Virus record (IMG/VR): IMGVR_UViG_3300028602_000011
Location: 7,057 to 71,056 of that record
Strand: one strand, 5' to 3'
Source of the DNA: a virus
Taxonomy: Duplodnaviria; Caudoviricetes
DNA length: 64,000 bases
The notes under the pieces are model-generated. The model was not told the DNA's origin. It did no database searches and worked only from the letters and a program-made list of their open reading frames with translations. Shown here one piece after another: positions 27,624 through 37,500 of the stretch. Position 1 is the stretch's first letter, and the number at the start of each line of letters is the position of its first letter. The position numbers were made by a program, and so were the translations under genes.

Positions 27624-28178
27624 CTACCCAAATGGGCAATAATTTGCATCGTTTTGTGGATATCCCAAATACATGCATTGTTCAGATATACATTCTTCTT
27701 TTTCTAATCGTTTAGCTCTTGCCCTTTGCCCTTTTTTAATTTGTTCTGATTTTTTCTTGCTCTCAGCAGACATTAAATTCCTGTCTTTTATTCTGGTTCG
27801 TTTTACAGATTCTCTAACACCTTTTTTACGATTTATTTCAGCACATTCAGGACAACAAGTTTTTTGGTTTGCTTTACCTTTTGGAATATCAAATGGCTTA
27901 TTACAAACTTTGCATAACCTTCTTGTTTCATGCACGATTTTTCTTTCTTTTTTACGGTCCCTATATCGTTTATTTCTCCTCGCCCTAATTTTATATGCTT
28001 CTGTTCGTTGTATTTCTTCTTTCTGTATGGATGTTCCGTTTAATCCCAGTTTTCTACGTGCGTAGTATCGTGCATTTTGTTTCCTACGTGCACTTTTTTT
28101 ACATTCTTCTTTATCACATACACTATGATTATATGTACGTGCCTCAAAAAATTCATTACATTCTGTGCAAATAGCCAC
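27624..28178 (-). CDS. Basic Cys-rich hypothetical protein (duplicated CxxC...C modules)
   Basis: CTECNEFF...CDKEEC and CKVCNKPF...CCPEC. Confidence 0.6.
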   Translation of the reverse strand: MAICTECNEFFEARTYNHSVCDKEECKKSARRKQNARYYARRKLGLNGTSIQKEEIQRTEAYKIRARRNKRYRDRKKERKIVHETRRLCKVCNKPFDIPKGKANQKTCCPECAEINRKKGVRESVKRTRIKDRNLMSAESKKKSEQIKKGQRARAKRLEKEECISEQCMYLGYPQNDANYCPFG

Positions 28179-28189
28179 GATACCACTCC

Positions 28190-28732
28190 TTATTTAAACA
28201 TGGGGTATTTTTTATCTAAGTGTATTCTAGAAGTTGTTGTTCCTCGTTGCCCAACATACTTGCCATTATACAAAAACTCGACACCATACGTATATGCGAA
28301 TGTAAATTGGCAAATCGCAATACCACTATTAAGAACAATGGGGTTTGGTGATGCGTTAAATAATTCCAATGTAATTTGCCCACGAAATCCAGGGTCTATC
28401 CAACCAGCATTATGAATAAATAAACCGGCACGTCCTATAGATGATTTACCCTGTACCTCTGCAGACACATTAAATGGTATTTCGACATATTCTACTGTAC
28501 TGGCTAAACAAAATTCTTTTGGTTTCAGCGTGTATTGTGTAGCTGTTGGATAGGATATATAGGGGGTTTCGTCTCCCAATACAACAGGAACACCATGTAA
28601 ATCTTCAATATAAGAAAACCCCACAGCCAACGTACAATCATAACTTGCTGGCTGTAGGTGTTTCCGATTAAAAGAGTTAATCATACTCTGCTTTTCAATA
28701 AGCTCCCGAATAAATTTGCTACCCAATCGCAT
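28190..28732 (-). CDS. dcd: dCTP deaminase
   Basis: LQPASYD, GKSSIGRAGL, AGWIDPGFRGQITLEL and ICQF motifs. Confidence 0.93.
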   Translation of the reverse strand: MRLGSKFIRELIEKQSMINSFNRKHLQPASYDCTLAVGFSYIEDLHGVPVVLGDETPYISYPTATQYTLKPKEFCLASTVEYVEIPFNVSAEVQGKSSIGRAGLFIHNAGWIDPGFRGQITLELFNASPNPIVLNSGIAICQFTFAYTYGVEFLYNGKYVGQRGTTTSRIHLDKKYPMFK

Positions 28733-29133
28733 TATTTAGTCCTCTTCACAAAGTTTACACGAGCCTTTTTTCCAATCATATCAAAAAACAGCTTTGCGTC
28801 CATCACGACCAATTCTTCTACATTATTCTTCTTTATAACCAAAAGCCAATCTGTATTCGGTAAAGTATTAGTTTTGGCCTGTTTAATCCAAGCAGGAATG
28901 GACCATGTTTCCTGCCATTTACATTCTACAGAAAATGGAAACAATTTAAGCACATGTGATTCCATACGCACGTCAGTTCCATTCTGTCCCATGGGCCGGG
29001 ATTCTATAGGGCAATCTTCACCACTACTACCCCAATCATACCCTGTTACATGTGATATTTGTTCACAAACCCATTGTTGCAATCTTCTTCCTTTTGCCTT
29101 TGCCGACTGCACGCTTATTCTTTTCTTTGCCAA
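28732..29133 (-). CDS. PD-(D/E)xK nuclease, T5 D14/Holliday-junction-resolvase-like (TTG start)
   Basis: AKAKGRRLQQ, GTDV and FSVECK motifs. Confidence 0.7.
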   Translation of the reverse strand: MAKKRISVQSAKAKGRRLQQWVCEQISHVTGYDWGSSGEDCPIESRPMGQNGTDVRMESHVLKLFPFSVECKWQETWSIPAWIKQAKTNTLPNTDWLLVIKKNNVEELVVMDAKLFFDMIGKKARVNFVKRTK

Positions 29134-29962
29134 AATAAATCTCCCAGTCTTGGGCCATTGATTGCAACAGCCATTTTTTAAATCCAAATTCCTTAAACAT
29201 ATCCTCCAATGCCGCCACACTAAATTCATCTTGTTGCAAAGTTGGTGTTTCACATCCCGGTAAAGGTAATTTCACGAGCCATTCGTTTCTCTCAATTATT
29301 TTGGTGTTGTTTTGAATGTCTTGGTATTTTTTAGATGTTTCTTTTAATTCACCAAGCAAATATTTTATCGCCGTTTTCTCACCAACACCAACCACACCCG
29401 GCACGTTATCACTTGTGCATCCTGCAATTTGTTTTACCTGCACCCACTGGCTAGGGGTAACACCTTTATGCACCTGCATCCAAGTGATATCACGCTTAGA
29501 TCGCTCCTTAATGTTATATAAACACACACGGTCAGAAATAAGCTGTAACATATCATCATCAGAAGTAACAATTACTTGGTGGCATTCCCAATCCTGTGCA
29601 AGTACCGCCATAATATCATCACCCTCATACCCATCTTGAAAAAACACATTGTTGAAACCAATCTGAGGTAATATGTCAAATCGTAATTGGTTAAACTGTG
29701 CATAATCTTCAATGTCTTGTTGTGTTACTTCTTGTTCATCCCGTTTCTCTTTGTAAAATGGGTATCGGTCTTTGCGTATAGAATTATGATTATCCCATAC
29801 AAAAATAGTTTCACTTGGACGCAATATACGTGCCAAAAGAAACACCTGACTTAGAAACCCATAAATAACACCAGTAGATTTTCCTTGGTACATCATACTT
29901 CCAGTGGTGTGTCTTGCCTTATGGCATAAGAAATTACAATCAAGTACCATTATAGGTTGCAT
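29063..29962 (-). CDS. 5'-3' exonuclease / flap endonuclease (PolI N-terminal, T5 D15-like)
   Basis: VLDCN, YKEKR, EGDDI, TSDDDMLQL and GCTSDNVPGVVGVGEKTA motifs. Confidence 0.92.
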   Translation of the reverse strand: MQPIMVLDCNFLCHKARHTTGSMMYQGKSTGVIYGFLSQVFLLARILRPSETIFVWDNHNSIRKDRYPFYKEKRDEQEVTQQDIEDYAQFNQLRFDILPQIGFNNVFFQDGYEGDDIMAVLAQDWECHQVIVTSDDDMLQLISDRVCLYNIKERSKRDITWMQVHKGVTPSQWVQVKQIAGCTSDNVPGVVGVGEKTAIKYLLGELKETSKKYQDIQNNTKIIERNEWLVKLPLPGCETPTLQQDEFSVAALEDMFKEFGFKKWLLQSMAQDWEIYFGKEKNKRAVGKGKRKKIATMGL

Positions 29963-29963
29963 A

Positions 29964-31034
29964 CTACCTCTTTTTCTTTTTGCGAGATACCTCGAATTTC
30001 AACTCGATGGATTCCCACAGGTCAATAACAGCCTCTTTCAACTCGTGTTCAAGGCCACCCTTTTCTATAGCCGCAATCGCATCTTCTATAGATTTACCAA
30101 GGTTTTCATCACCAAGCACGTATGTCGTGGCTGTTGTATTTGACTTCAGGAATTTCAAATTAGCCCGAATGTCATCAATACCATAATCAAATACGATATT
30201 TAATGGGGCTGTGTGATAGGGTTTCCAAATGCTTGATTTGAATACTTCTACAATGGTTTCAATACCAATAATTCGAGTTACTTTTTTACCATGTAGTTTT
30301 AGTTCTTTCTTTATTTTGCTACCAGAAGAAAAGCGCAATCGTAAACTGGAATAAAAAGCAATCGATTCACCACCGGGGGTAACATACTTCTGTCCATAGG
30401 GACCAGCATTAGGATTTTGGCGTATCTGATTAGAACAGCACATGAGGTAATTTTTCTTGGGAATTATGCGAGTTGTTTTACGGCACTGTTCACTAAATTC
30501 TTTTGCACGGCGCATACCCATTTTATCCTCGTCTTCCATTTCCATCTTGGTTGACAAGGATGCAAGAGAATCAGTAAATATACCATGTACCTTTCCATTG
30601 TTCGGTGTTTCCCATGCTCTTATTGGTTTGAACACTTCAGGAACAGTATCTGGTGTATCATAATCTGTATCTGCAATGTCATAATCAAATATTCTTGCAA
30701 ATTGTTTGTTTAGGCGTGCCTCCGGATCCTTAAACATAACCATACCGCCTTGTCGCTGTACAGCTCCGGCCAGTTCGCACAGAAGCACTGTTTTACCGGC
30801 ACCACTTGGTCCAAAGGCTTCCATGAGGATACCGCCGGGGATACCGCCACCACGCACACGCCCACCACTAATCGCCAAATCCAATAAGGTACTGCCAGTG
30901 GAAATCATGGTTTCTATATTGCCGTCAAATTCTTTCTTTTCCTTGACTTCTTTTTTGACAGACATTTGATCACTTAATTTTTCTTTTTTTGGTCGTTTTG
31001 CAACTGCTAGTGATGCGTTTACTTTTCGTTTCAT
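29964..31034 (-). CDS. RecA/UvsX-like recombinase
   Basis: STGSTLLD, GPSGAGKT, DSLASL, NQIRQ and TPGGESIAFYSSLRL motifs. Confidence 0.92.
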   Translation of the reverse strand: MKRKVNASLAVAKRPKKEKLSDQMSVKKEVKEKKEFDGNIETMISTGSTLLDLAISGGRVRGGGIPGGILMEAFGPSGAGKTVLLCELAGAVQRQGGMVMFKDPEARLNKQFARIFDYDIADTDYDTPDTVPEVFKPIRAWETPNNGKVHGIFTDSLASLSTKMEMEDEDKMGMRRAKEFSEQCRKTTRIIPKKNYLMCCSNQIRQNPNAGPYGQKYVTPGGESIAFYSSLRLRFSSGSKIKKELKLHGKKVTRIIGIETIVEVFKSSIWKPYHTAPLNIVFDYGIDDIRANLKFLKSNTTATTYVLGDENLGKSIEDAIAAIEKGGLEHELKEAVIDLWESIELKFEVSRKKKKR

Positions 31035-31441
31035 AATTGACCAATCCCATAAAGATTTTCAAAGCGTTGAATAATTTTGTCGATGTATGGTACAGATATT
31101 CTTCGTTTCTTTAATACTAAACGAAGCTCCTGTTCATATTCACGAAACCTTTTATATCTAGTGCAATCACCCCAACCCAATTTACGTCTATTTGTGCGTA
31201 ACCGTTTTTTCCATTCCACAAAAGCACGATTAGCCAATATATTTAAAAGAATATCTTCATCTTCAAGCTCTCTTAAATGTTCTTTAAGCACGATTCGTAA
31301 ATAAGATGACTTACTTATATTTTTGGATAGACAAAGCAACGATAAATATTGATTAGCTTGTACGGGCATTGGCACCCGCACAAGCTGTTCACTCACCAAA
31401 TATTCATCGTTGTGTATGCTAAATGGTGAGTGCTTAGACAT
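31031..31441 (-). CDS. Hypothetical protein (possible ribbon-helix-helix-like N-terminus)
   Basis: Packed between SSB and RecA genes. Confidence 0.55.
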   Translation of the reverse strand: MSKHSPFSIHNDEYLVSEQLVRVPMPVQANQYLSLLCLSKNISKSSYLRIVLKEHLRELEDEDILLNILANRAFVEWKKRLRTNRRKLGWGDCTRYKRFREYEQELRLVLKKRRISVPYIDKIIQRFENLYGIGQL

Positions 31442-32746
31442 TTATGCTTCCTTTTGTTCTATGCACTCATCCCACATTTCACAATCGTCACATTCGTCAA
31501 AGTCTTCACAATCAGTTCCGAATGTGTGTCCATGTGGGCATTTACCGGCTTTCACTTTTTTACCAGCTTTGGGTTTCTCTTTTTTGGCTGGTTCTTCTGC
31601 AGGGGCTTTTTTGGCTGGTTTTTTCTTTCTGGTGGGCTTTGCTTTTCTTCCAGAACCCTTACAGGCTTTACATTCTTTACCCTTGGACGATTTACCAGTG
31701 CCACCACAGGCAATACAACGCTCTTCTTCAGGAATGTCAATTTCGTCCTCTTCCTCGTCCTCTTCCTCGTCCTCTTCGTCAATTTCTACTTCGTCTTCTT
31801 CATCATCCTCTTCGTCCTCTTCCTCGTCCTCTTCCTCGTCCTCTTCGTCAGTTTCTACTTCGTCTTCCTCTTCATCCTCTTCATCCTCTTCATCTTCCTC
31901 TTCGTCGTCTTCATCCTTATGCTCGTCTTTCAGACCAGTTTTCTTGCGTCTTGACGGTGTGGGTGTTTCTTCAACAGCATTGTTCTCGTCCTCGTCTTCC
32001 TCAACTTCCAGGAAAATGGCCTCGATTTCTTTGTACGTTTTCAAATCAAGGCAGGTATCCAAGCAAGGAATGTCTTCCAAAATGGATTCATCATACGGCT
32101 CTTTGCGTTCGACAAAATCAATACGGCTTGTATCAGCATATTTATTTTTGTCAAAAACTTCTGTTGAAAAACGTATACGAACAGAAAGCCCTTCTTTCAA
32201 ATCAGGAAATACACCGTAATCTTCTTCTTCAGCCAGCTCATCATTCAATTTGTCCTGAAACAAAAACTGACTCATATCCCAAATATATGGAATCTCTTCG
32301 TACTTCTTGTGCTTTTTGGGTATAACCACATACAGATTTCGGTTTGTTGGCTTTAGTGCTTTGATAGCCGGATCAGAATATTCCGCACCTTCTTTCAACA
32401 ACTTGGCCCTGTACTCACAAATAGGGCATTTCTTACCAACACTACCGGGGCAAACAATGGATGTTTTTTCAGCACCAATATTACGATGCAATTTGAAAGG
32501 TCTTTTATACCACTGAGTTCCGGGTACCGCGATTTCAGATGTTTTGTCTCTGTCAGGGTGGCATTTGTCTTCAACCACATAGGGCATGAAATCCAGGGTT
32601 ACTTTGCTTCCTGGTTCTTCCTTGAACATACTCACACCTTTGGGAAGTTTCAGATGCCCGTAACTGGCTCCCTGACTTTTCTGCTTCTTTGCATTGGCGG
32701 TAGTTGCTCCACGAAACTTGCTTACACTTTTTTTCTTCTTAGCCAT
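31442..32746 (-). CDS. ssDNA-binding protein (gp32-like) with acidic tract and Cys-rich tail; start MAKKKK at 32746
   Basis: IVCPGSVGKKCPICEY, RNLYVVI and DTSRIDF core, then ~75 aa Asp/Glu, then CIACGGTG...CKACKGSG. Confidence 0.75.
   Translation of the reverse strand: MAKKKKSVSKFRGATTANAKKQKSQGASYGHLKLPKGVSMFKEEPGSKVTLDFMPYVVEDKCHPDRDKTSEIAVPGTQWYKRPFKLHRNIGAEKTSIVCPGSVGKKCPICEYRAKLLKEGAEYSDPAIKALKPTNRNLYVVIPKKHKKYEEIPYIWDMSQFLFQDKLNDELAEEEDYGVFPDLKEGLSVRIRFSTEVFDKNKYADTSRIDFVERKEPYDESILEDIPCLDTCLDLKTYKEIEAIFLEVEEDEDENNAVEETPTPSRRKKTGLKDEHKDEDDEEEDEEDEEDEEEDEVETDEEDEEEDEEEDEEDDEEDEVEIDEEDEEEDEEEDEIDIPEEERCIACGGTGKSSKGKECKACKGSGRKAKPTRKKKPAKKAPAEEPAKKEKPKAGKKVKAGKCPHGHTFGTDCEDFDECDDCEMWDECIEQKEA
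31745..31920 (-). repeat. Low-complexity acidic-codon repeats including a ~69-bp (23-aa) tandem duplication
   Basis: EDEVETDEEDEEEDEEEDEEDDE followed by EDEVEIDEEDEEEDEEEDE. Confidence 0.8.
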
Positions 32747-32906
32747 GTTGTTCTTCCTTCCTTTCTTTTTCTGCGTTAAAGTGTTGTGCAAGAGCATTCA
32801 TTTTGCCTAATTGCCACGCTTTACTAATGAATACCAAATACACCGGGAATAAAACCAAGGCGATTAGGCAAAATAAAGCGAAACAAACTATTTGTGTTAC
32901 GTCCAT
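32739..32906 (-). CDS. Small single-TM protein (55 aa, MDVTQIVCFALF...)
   Basis: GAGG SD; fills the gap between neighbouring genes. Confidence 0.5.
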   Translation of the reverse strand: MDVTQIVCFALFCLIALVLFPVYLVFISKAWQLGKMNALAQHFNAEKERKEEQHG

Positions 32907-33323
32907 TTAATCCTCGTTTACAAAGTTTGCAGTATGAACACCATGAATAATATGATCACCATTCAAATTAGGTGCGAATATTCCCGTATTGTTTTCCGGT
33001 TTTATTGATCCTGCTACTAGCTTACCTCCATCAATTTGTGTGTGACGCAAATACAAAGAGAGAACAATGGACCCATAACAAATCATATCCAACAGGGTGT
33101 CTTCTAATTTCTCATCTTTAACAAGGGTTTTAGAACCATTTATCAAGTTGCAACAACGATTATACTTGTCTTGTAATCGAATAAAAGCACCTTTATATGG
33201 TTCTACACCAATACGTAAAGAACTCTCGAAATTGGATAGGCTTTCCTCAGTACCGGAATAATCATGGTCTTTAGCATTAAGCATGTTTTTTGCACGATCG
33301 AGTATTTCTAAACACCGTTTCAT
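32907..33323 (-). CDS. DUF1599 (nucleotide-modification-associated, MazG-like all-alpha) protein
   Basis: KDHDYS, IRLQDKYNR and EDTLLDMICY motifs. Confidence 0.7.
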   Translation of the reverse strand: MKRCLEILDRAKNMLNAKDHDYSGTEESLSNFESSLRIGVEPYKGAFIRLQDKYNRCCNLINGSKTLVKDEKLEDTLLDMICYGSIVLSLYLRHTQIDGGKLVAGSIKPENNTGIFAPNLNGDHIIHGVHTANFVNED

Positions 33324-33598
33324 TTACTAACATCCTTTGTTTGATTATTGACAATATACATAAAATCATTGGTAGCTAATTCTTTTATTGCAGTCATAAT
33401 GGTTTGATTTGCAAATTGGTGTGATAAAATGGGGTGTTCCATAATTTCCTCTGCATAAGCATGAAAAGCTGAAAAGGAACAACACATTATGCCAGTATAC
33501 GCCGTTATGATAGCACCCTCACGTTCGGTCATTTCTTTTTCTTCCTCGCAATTTTTACTTTGGAATTGCTTTGTTTGCTTTTTGCTTTCTTCTCCCAT
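33320..33598 (-). CDS. Conserved phage hypothetical protein (start probably MTERE)
   Basis: AIITAYTG..C..F..FH.YAE pattern. Confidence 0.55.
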   Translation of the reverse strand: MGEESKKQTKQFQSKNCEEEKEMTEREGAIITAYTGIMCCSFSAFHAYAEEIMEHPILSHQFANQTIMTAIKELATNDFMYIVNNQTKDVSK

Positions 33599-34020
33599 TC
33601 CTCATTCAAATCACGTGGAACGGAAGGACCAGCAAAATAAGAAGCACCATGCAACCGAACCAGATTCTCAAGTGCTGTTTTCTTTTGGTCAACTGCACGT
33701 ACTGCGGCTACGGCCATTTCATACTCGAATTTAGCATCAATATACTCCTGCTGGCATTCTTGGTATGTTTGTGATTCAATAACGGCATTGCCTACAACGG
33801 TTTCTGTAATTTTCTTCAGGCCAAACTTTTCAGGGTCCGAACGAATCTGCCTATCCAATCCGGCCTTACAAATTTCCAACTGTTCTTTTGTAAGGTCAAC
33901 ATCTTTTTTACACTGTGCCGCATGTTTGCAATAATCCCCCATCAACTTAGATTGTCTAACCCACTCAACATCTAATCCGTTTACATCGATGTCTATTGCA
34001 TCTTCATAATCTAAAGCCAT
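33529..34020 (-). CDS. UvsY-like recombination mediator
   Basis: All-helical; DIDVNGLDVEWVRQ and QKKTALENL; lies in the recombination cluster. Confidence 0.65.
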   Translation of the reverse strand: MALDYEDAIDIDVNGLDVEWVRQSKLMGDYCKHAAQCKKDVDLTKEQLEICKAGLDRQIRSDPEKFGLKKITETVVGNAVIESQTYQECQQEYIDAKFEYEMAVAAVRAVDQKKTALENLVRLHGASYFAGPSVPRDLNEEWEKKAKSKQSNSKVKIARKKKK

Positions 34021-34044
34021 ATTAAACCCCCATTGCTTTACACT

Positions 34045-34078
34045 ATTATATTATAATAGTGCGTTTTTATTTAGGGCA
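34045..34078 (-). promoter_or_regulatory. Phage promoter copy 1 (TGCCCTAAA-N19-TATAAT)
   Basis: Both boxes and the spacing are identical in four intergenic sites. Confidence 0.75.
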
Positions 34079-34091
34079 CATCACAAACTAA

Positions 34092-35000
34092 TTAACCATT
34101 AACAATACTGTAACAAGCAAACGTCAACCCAGGAAATCCTGTATTATAAAAAGGCTCTATAAATTCTTCCATAACAACAGCCGCATTATTATTCGTGCCC
34201 TTTAGCAATACAGCATTACAATATCCCAATACTGCACGGCGTATTCCCTCCGGGTCTTGCCCTTTAAGCCCACGCAGTACACCGGCTACCATTTTCCATG
34301 GAGACTTGCCTAAAAGGGCACGGCATAATTCAATTGTTTGGGATTGTATTTCTGCAGTTCGTTTTGCTACAGCTAATCTTTTGTCAGGCTCTACGTTTAA
34401 CACTTGTTCCAGTATTTGCAAAGCGTTTCGGCTATACCCCATACTATCAGTGATAATTTGTTCATAAATTGTTTTGGATAGTTTATCCCCTTCAGCTTTA
34501 ACAGTTCGCCGCAACAATGTTTTCATTTCCAAATCAGACAATGGAGATACATGAAATTGAGAACACCGGCCACGCAATGTCGGCAAAAGTTTTTCTGGTT
34601 CAGTTGTAGCAATAATGAAATACACATTGGCCGGAGTGTCTTCCAAAGGTTTCAACATTCCATTTTGTGCATCATTCGTCATTTTATGTGCTTCATCAAG
34701 CAACCAAACTTTGCAATCACCTTCGAGTGGGGCATAACGCATCTGCTTACGAATTTCCCGGCTGGTGTCAATTCCACGGAAGTCTGCCGTATTTACTTCT
34801 CTATAATCAGCATCAGCACACCCAAGTTCTTTAGCAACGATACGCCCCAAAGTGGTTTTCCCACACCCACTAGGGCCATCGAAAAGAAACACATGTGGTT
34901 TCTCTTTTTTAGTGAGCATATTTTTCAAGGAAGAAATAACTGTCTCATTCCCAACAACTTCATCAAATGTGCTAGGTCGATACTTTTTATACAATTCCAT
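34092..35000 (-). CDS. Clamp loader, DNA Pol III gamma/tau-like AAA+ ATPase
   Basis: KYRPSTFDEVVG, GPSGCGKTT, LLDEAH, KPLED and LRGRC motifs. Confidence 0.92.
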   Translation of the reverse strand: MELYKKYRPSTFDEVVGNETVISSLKNMLTKKEKPHVFLFDGPSGCGKTTLGRIVAKELGCADADYREVNTADFRGIDTSREIRKQMRYAPLEGDCKVWLLDEAHKMTNDAQNGMLKPLEDTPANVYFIIATTEPEKLLPTLRGRCSQFHVSPLSDLEMKTLLRRTVKAEGDKLSKTIYEQIITDSMGYSRNALQILEQVLNVEPDKRLAVAKRTAEIQSQTIELCRALLGKSPWKMVAGVLRGLKGQDPEGIRRAVLGYCNAVLLKGTNNNAAVVMEEFIEPFYNTGFPGLTFACYSIVNG

Positions 35001-35013
35001 TATTTACTCCTGT

Positions 35014-35256
35014 TTATAAATCCATAATAATTGTAACATCTTCTAAAACGTATTGATATGTGGGTTTCTCAGATGACATTGTTGTAGTTTCAATACTGCG
35101 TATATCTACAGTAATCATGCAAATAGGAATGGCTGTGCATTGTGTAAATCTATTCATAATTTTGTGTATTGCGTGTTGCATGTCAATCTCAGCCAGTCTT
35201 TTTATTTCACACAACTCTTCTACTTCCATTATTTCCTCCGTTTCAAAGTGTGGCAT
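35014..35256 (-). CDS. Hypothetical protein
   Basis: Packed ORF in the operon. Confidence 0.5.
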   Translation of the reverse strand: MPHFETEEIMEVEELCEIKRLAEIDMQHAIHKIMNRFTQCTAIPICMITVDIRSIETTTMSSEKPTYQYVLEDVTIIMDL

Positions 35257-35591
35257 TTTTTCACATTGCTTTGGTGCATTATTGTTTCTCTTTGAATTTT
35301 ACAAGGTTCCATTGCTTTGGTGAGTTGTATGCCTGTATACTGGCATTGAATAGGGATTAAAGAATCATGTGCATGTGTATAAGATATATTCGTTATTTTA
35401 ATCGTATGAAAATGATCCTCAATAATATCACCAATATTATATGGGTTGTGCATCATTGCATAAGCAATGAGGATTTTATTTCTTTCTTTTATATAACGTG
35501 TTTCTGTTTGTTTTAATAATTCTATTGTCTCTTCTTTAGTCATATCATATCTCCGGCAATGGGAAATGTTTTTTCTCTGACCAAGGGGCAT
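35229..35591 (-). CDS. Hypothetical protein (start probably MTKEET)
   Basis: Packed ORF in the operon. Confidence 0.5.
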   Translation of the reverse strand: MPLGQRKNISHCRRYDMTKEETIELLKQTETRYIKERNKILIAYAMMHNPYNIGDIIEDHFHTIKITNISYTHAHDSLIPIQCQYTGIQLTKAMEPCKIQRETIMHQSNVKKCHTLKRRK

Positions 35592-37500
35592 CTACATCAC
35601 AAATATCAGCATCAACAGTCAAAGGCACAATAATCCAATCCCAATGTTCTGCTAATTTTTTACAAGTTACCTCGACAACAGTCCGTGCCACATGTTCCAA
35701 CTCGTCTGGGTGTGTGTCTATAATAACAGCATCATGAATCTGATTTACAATACGGCTATCCCAATTCTCTTCAGCGGCAATTTTATTGATCGTTATAAAG
35801 GACCACAACAAACAATGAAAAGCAGAACCCTGTACCGGGTAATTGATTACTTCATTCTTACCCATTACCCCTTGGCATTTAAATCCGGTGAGTGTATTGA
35901 AATATCCATCCCTTTGATATTTAGCATGCCATTTTAATTTCCAAGCACCATATTCTCTAAAACGTACACCCCAAAAGTCTTCTTCAATGTTTTTCAGGTG
36001 TTGTTTAAATTTATCGTAAGAGGTGATTCCTTTGCTTATTAAGTGATCCCCAACTGTCATACCCTCTACGAAATCAACCCCGTATCCTTTGCGCCATTTG
36101 GTATGTGGTAACTGGCACCAAGTACACAGCCCATCCGTGTTATTCCCGTAATAGTCCCCGTAAAACTGTGGGAATATAAAACTGTTTTTAGTTGCGTTAC
36201 GTATTAGTTTATGTCCAGGGTATTTTGATTTATCATACCCATCCACCAAGAATATTTGTGCGGCAACATCACCATGCATATCAGCATGGTCTGATGTAAG
36301 GTACTTCAACATATTTTTATCTTTGTGGTAGCAATTTTTTAAAACTACACCAGCAGATGTAGCATAATTATGAATACCCTCCACATTTATATTGTAAACA
36401 TTCTCCCAGCCCATGAATTCTATTTTTACCACTTTATGATTATAAGTGGCTTTATATTCTTCCAAAGTTATATTATGTTCTAATTGCCTAGTACCATTAT
36501 TCAAATATATTTCACGGTAAACTGTACCATAATTAGACACACGCTTTCTTTTATAAAAAGGCATTAAACTTTCACCAATTTCTAAATCTGCTAATTTTTT
36601 ATACCCTTCTTTACGTGTTAAAAATTGGTGATCTTCTGTAGCCCTAATCACTTGGCCATTATCTAATGTAACACCCCACACACCCGTATTTCTTCTTGTA
36701 ATTCCACCCGAAGTTACTGGTGCTAATACAATGCGTTCTTCCTCTTGATTATATCCATAAACATACGTCTGTTCTCCATTGTTTACAGAATTGATTATAT
36801 CCAAAATTGTTCTACTTCCAGTGCTTGTTTCTAATAATGTATCTCCAGTCACACATGCGGCAATCGAAACTTCCAAGGCACCGAAATCAATCTCGATTAA
36901 CTGGTGCCCCGGCCTTGGGAAAATAGCTCGCCGACAGATCTTCATTGCTTCTTTGTCACGCTTGGGGATGTTTTGTAAATTAGGAGAGTTGGAACTTGAA
37001 CGATATGTACGCACTGTATGCAAATTGAGAAATGGGTGTATGTACCCGTTCACTTGTTCCCGAAGGAAAGCGTCTAGGTACGTATCCCGTATTTTTTGCA
37101 GTTTCTTAATATCCAAAATATACATCAATTCTGGAATATCTTTGGCTATTGTTATAAGGGATTCGTTATCTGTTGACCCTGTTTGTACAGCGTCCGGATC
37201 TTTTTTACCACCACCAGTCATTTTAGGTGGTTTAATTCCTTTAATCTTATACAGCATATGGGCTAATTGTTGCCCAGAATTGAAGTTGGTCTTCTCGCCA
37301 AATTGCTTTTTCCAATCTTTTATAAGGTCAGAAGAATTTAACTTTTCCTGTGCACGTGCTATTTTACGATCTATATGTTTCTTTTTCTTATTACAATAAT
37401 CAACATCAATTCGCATTCCATTTTGTTCAGCATGGGAGAAAGCTATTGTACCTTCATGCATTAAATTGTATGCATCTAGTGTTGTTGGCTGCATGCCCAT
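35545..37500 (-). CDS. DNA polymerase family A, polymerase domain, with intein
   Basis: TYRSSSNSPNLQNIP, motif A IEIDFGALE, motif B KNSFIFPQFYG, NYPVQGSA and motif C QIHD. Confidence 0.92.
   Translation of the reverse strand: MGMQPTTLDAYNLMHEGTIAFSHAEQNGMRIDVDYCNKKKKHIDRKIARAQEKLNSSDLIKDWKKQFGEKTNFNSGQQLAHMLYKIKGIKPPKMTGGGKKDPDAVQTGSTDNESLITIAKDIPELMYILDIKKLQKIRDTYLDAFLREQVNGYIHPFLNLHTVRTYRSSSNSPNLQNIPKRDKEAMKICRRAIFPRPGHQLIEIDFGALEVSIAACVTGDTLLETSTGSRTILDIINSVNNGEQTYVYGYNQEEERIVLAPVTSGGITRRNTGVWGVTLDNGQVIRATEDHQFLTRKEGYKKLADLEIGESLMPFYKRKRVSNYGTVYREIYLNNGTRQLEHNITLEEYKATYNHKVVKIEFMGWENVYNINVEGIHNYATSAGVVLKNCYHKDKNMLKYLTSDHADMHGDVAAQIFLVDGYDKSKYPGHKLIRNATKNSFIFPQFYGDYYGNNTDGLCTWCQLPHTKWRKGYGVDFVEGMTVGDHLISKGITSYDKFKQHLKNIEEDFWGVRFREYGAWKLKWHAKYQRDGYFNTLTGFKCQGVMGKNEVINYPVQGSAFHCLLWSFITINKIAAEENWDSRIVNQIHDAVIIDTHPDELEHVARTVVEVTCKKLAEHWDWIIVPLTVDADICDVDAPWSEKKHFPLPEI
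36334..36855 (-). mobile_element. Mini-intein (174 aa) in PolA
   Basis: Begins CVTGDT, has a TEDH block B, ends VYNINVEGIHNYATSAGVVLKN before Cys. No endonuclease motif. Confidence 0.88.

Noticed and set aside
31410-32325. Long + strand ORFs rich in Ser, Phe/Leu or Pro/Arg (also 43254-43784)
   Set aside because: They are antisense shadows of the acidic GAA/GAC/GAG tracts in the real minus-strand genes.
34043-34060. AT-rich palindrome ACTATTAT..ATAATAGT as a separate operator
   Set aside because: It overlaps the -10 box of promoter copy 1 and is not present at the other three copies, so it may be chance in AT-rich DNA.
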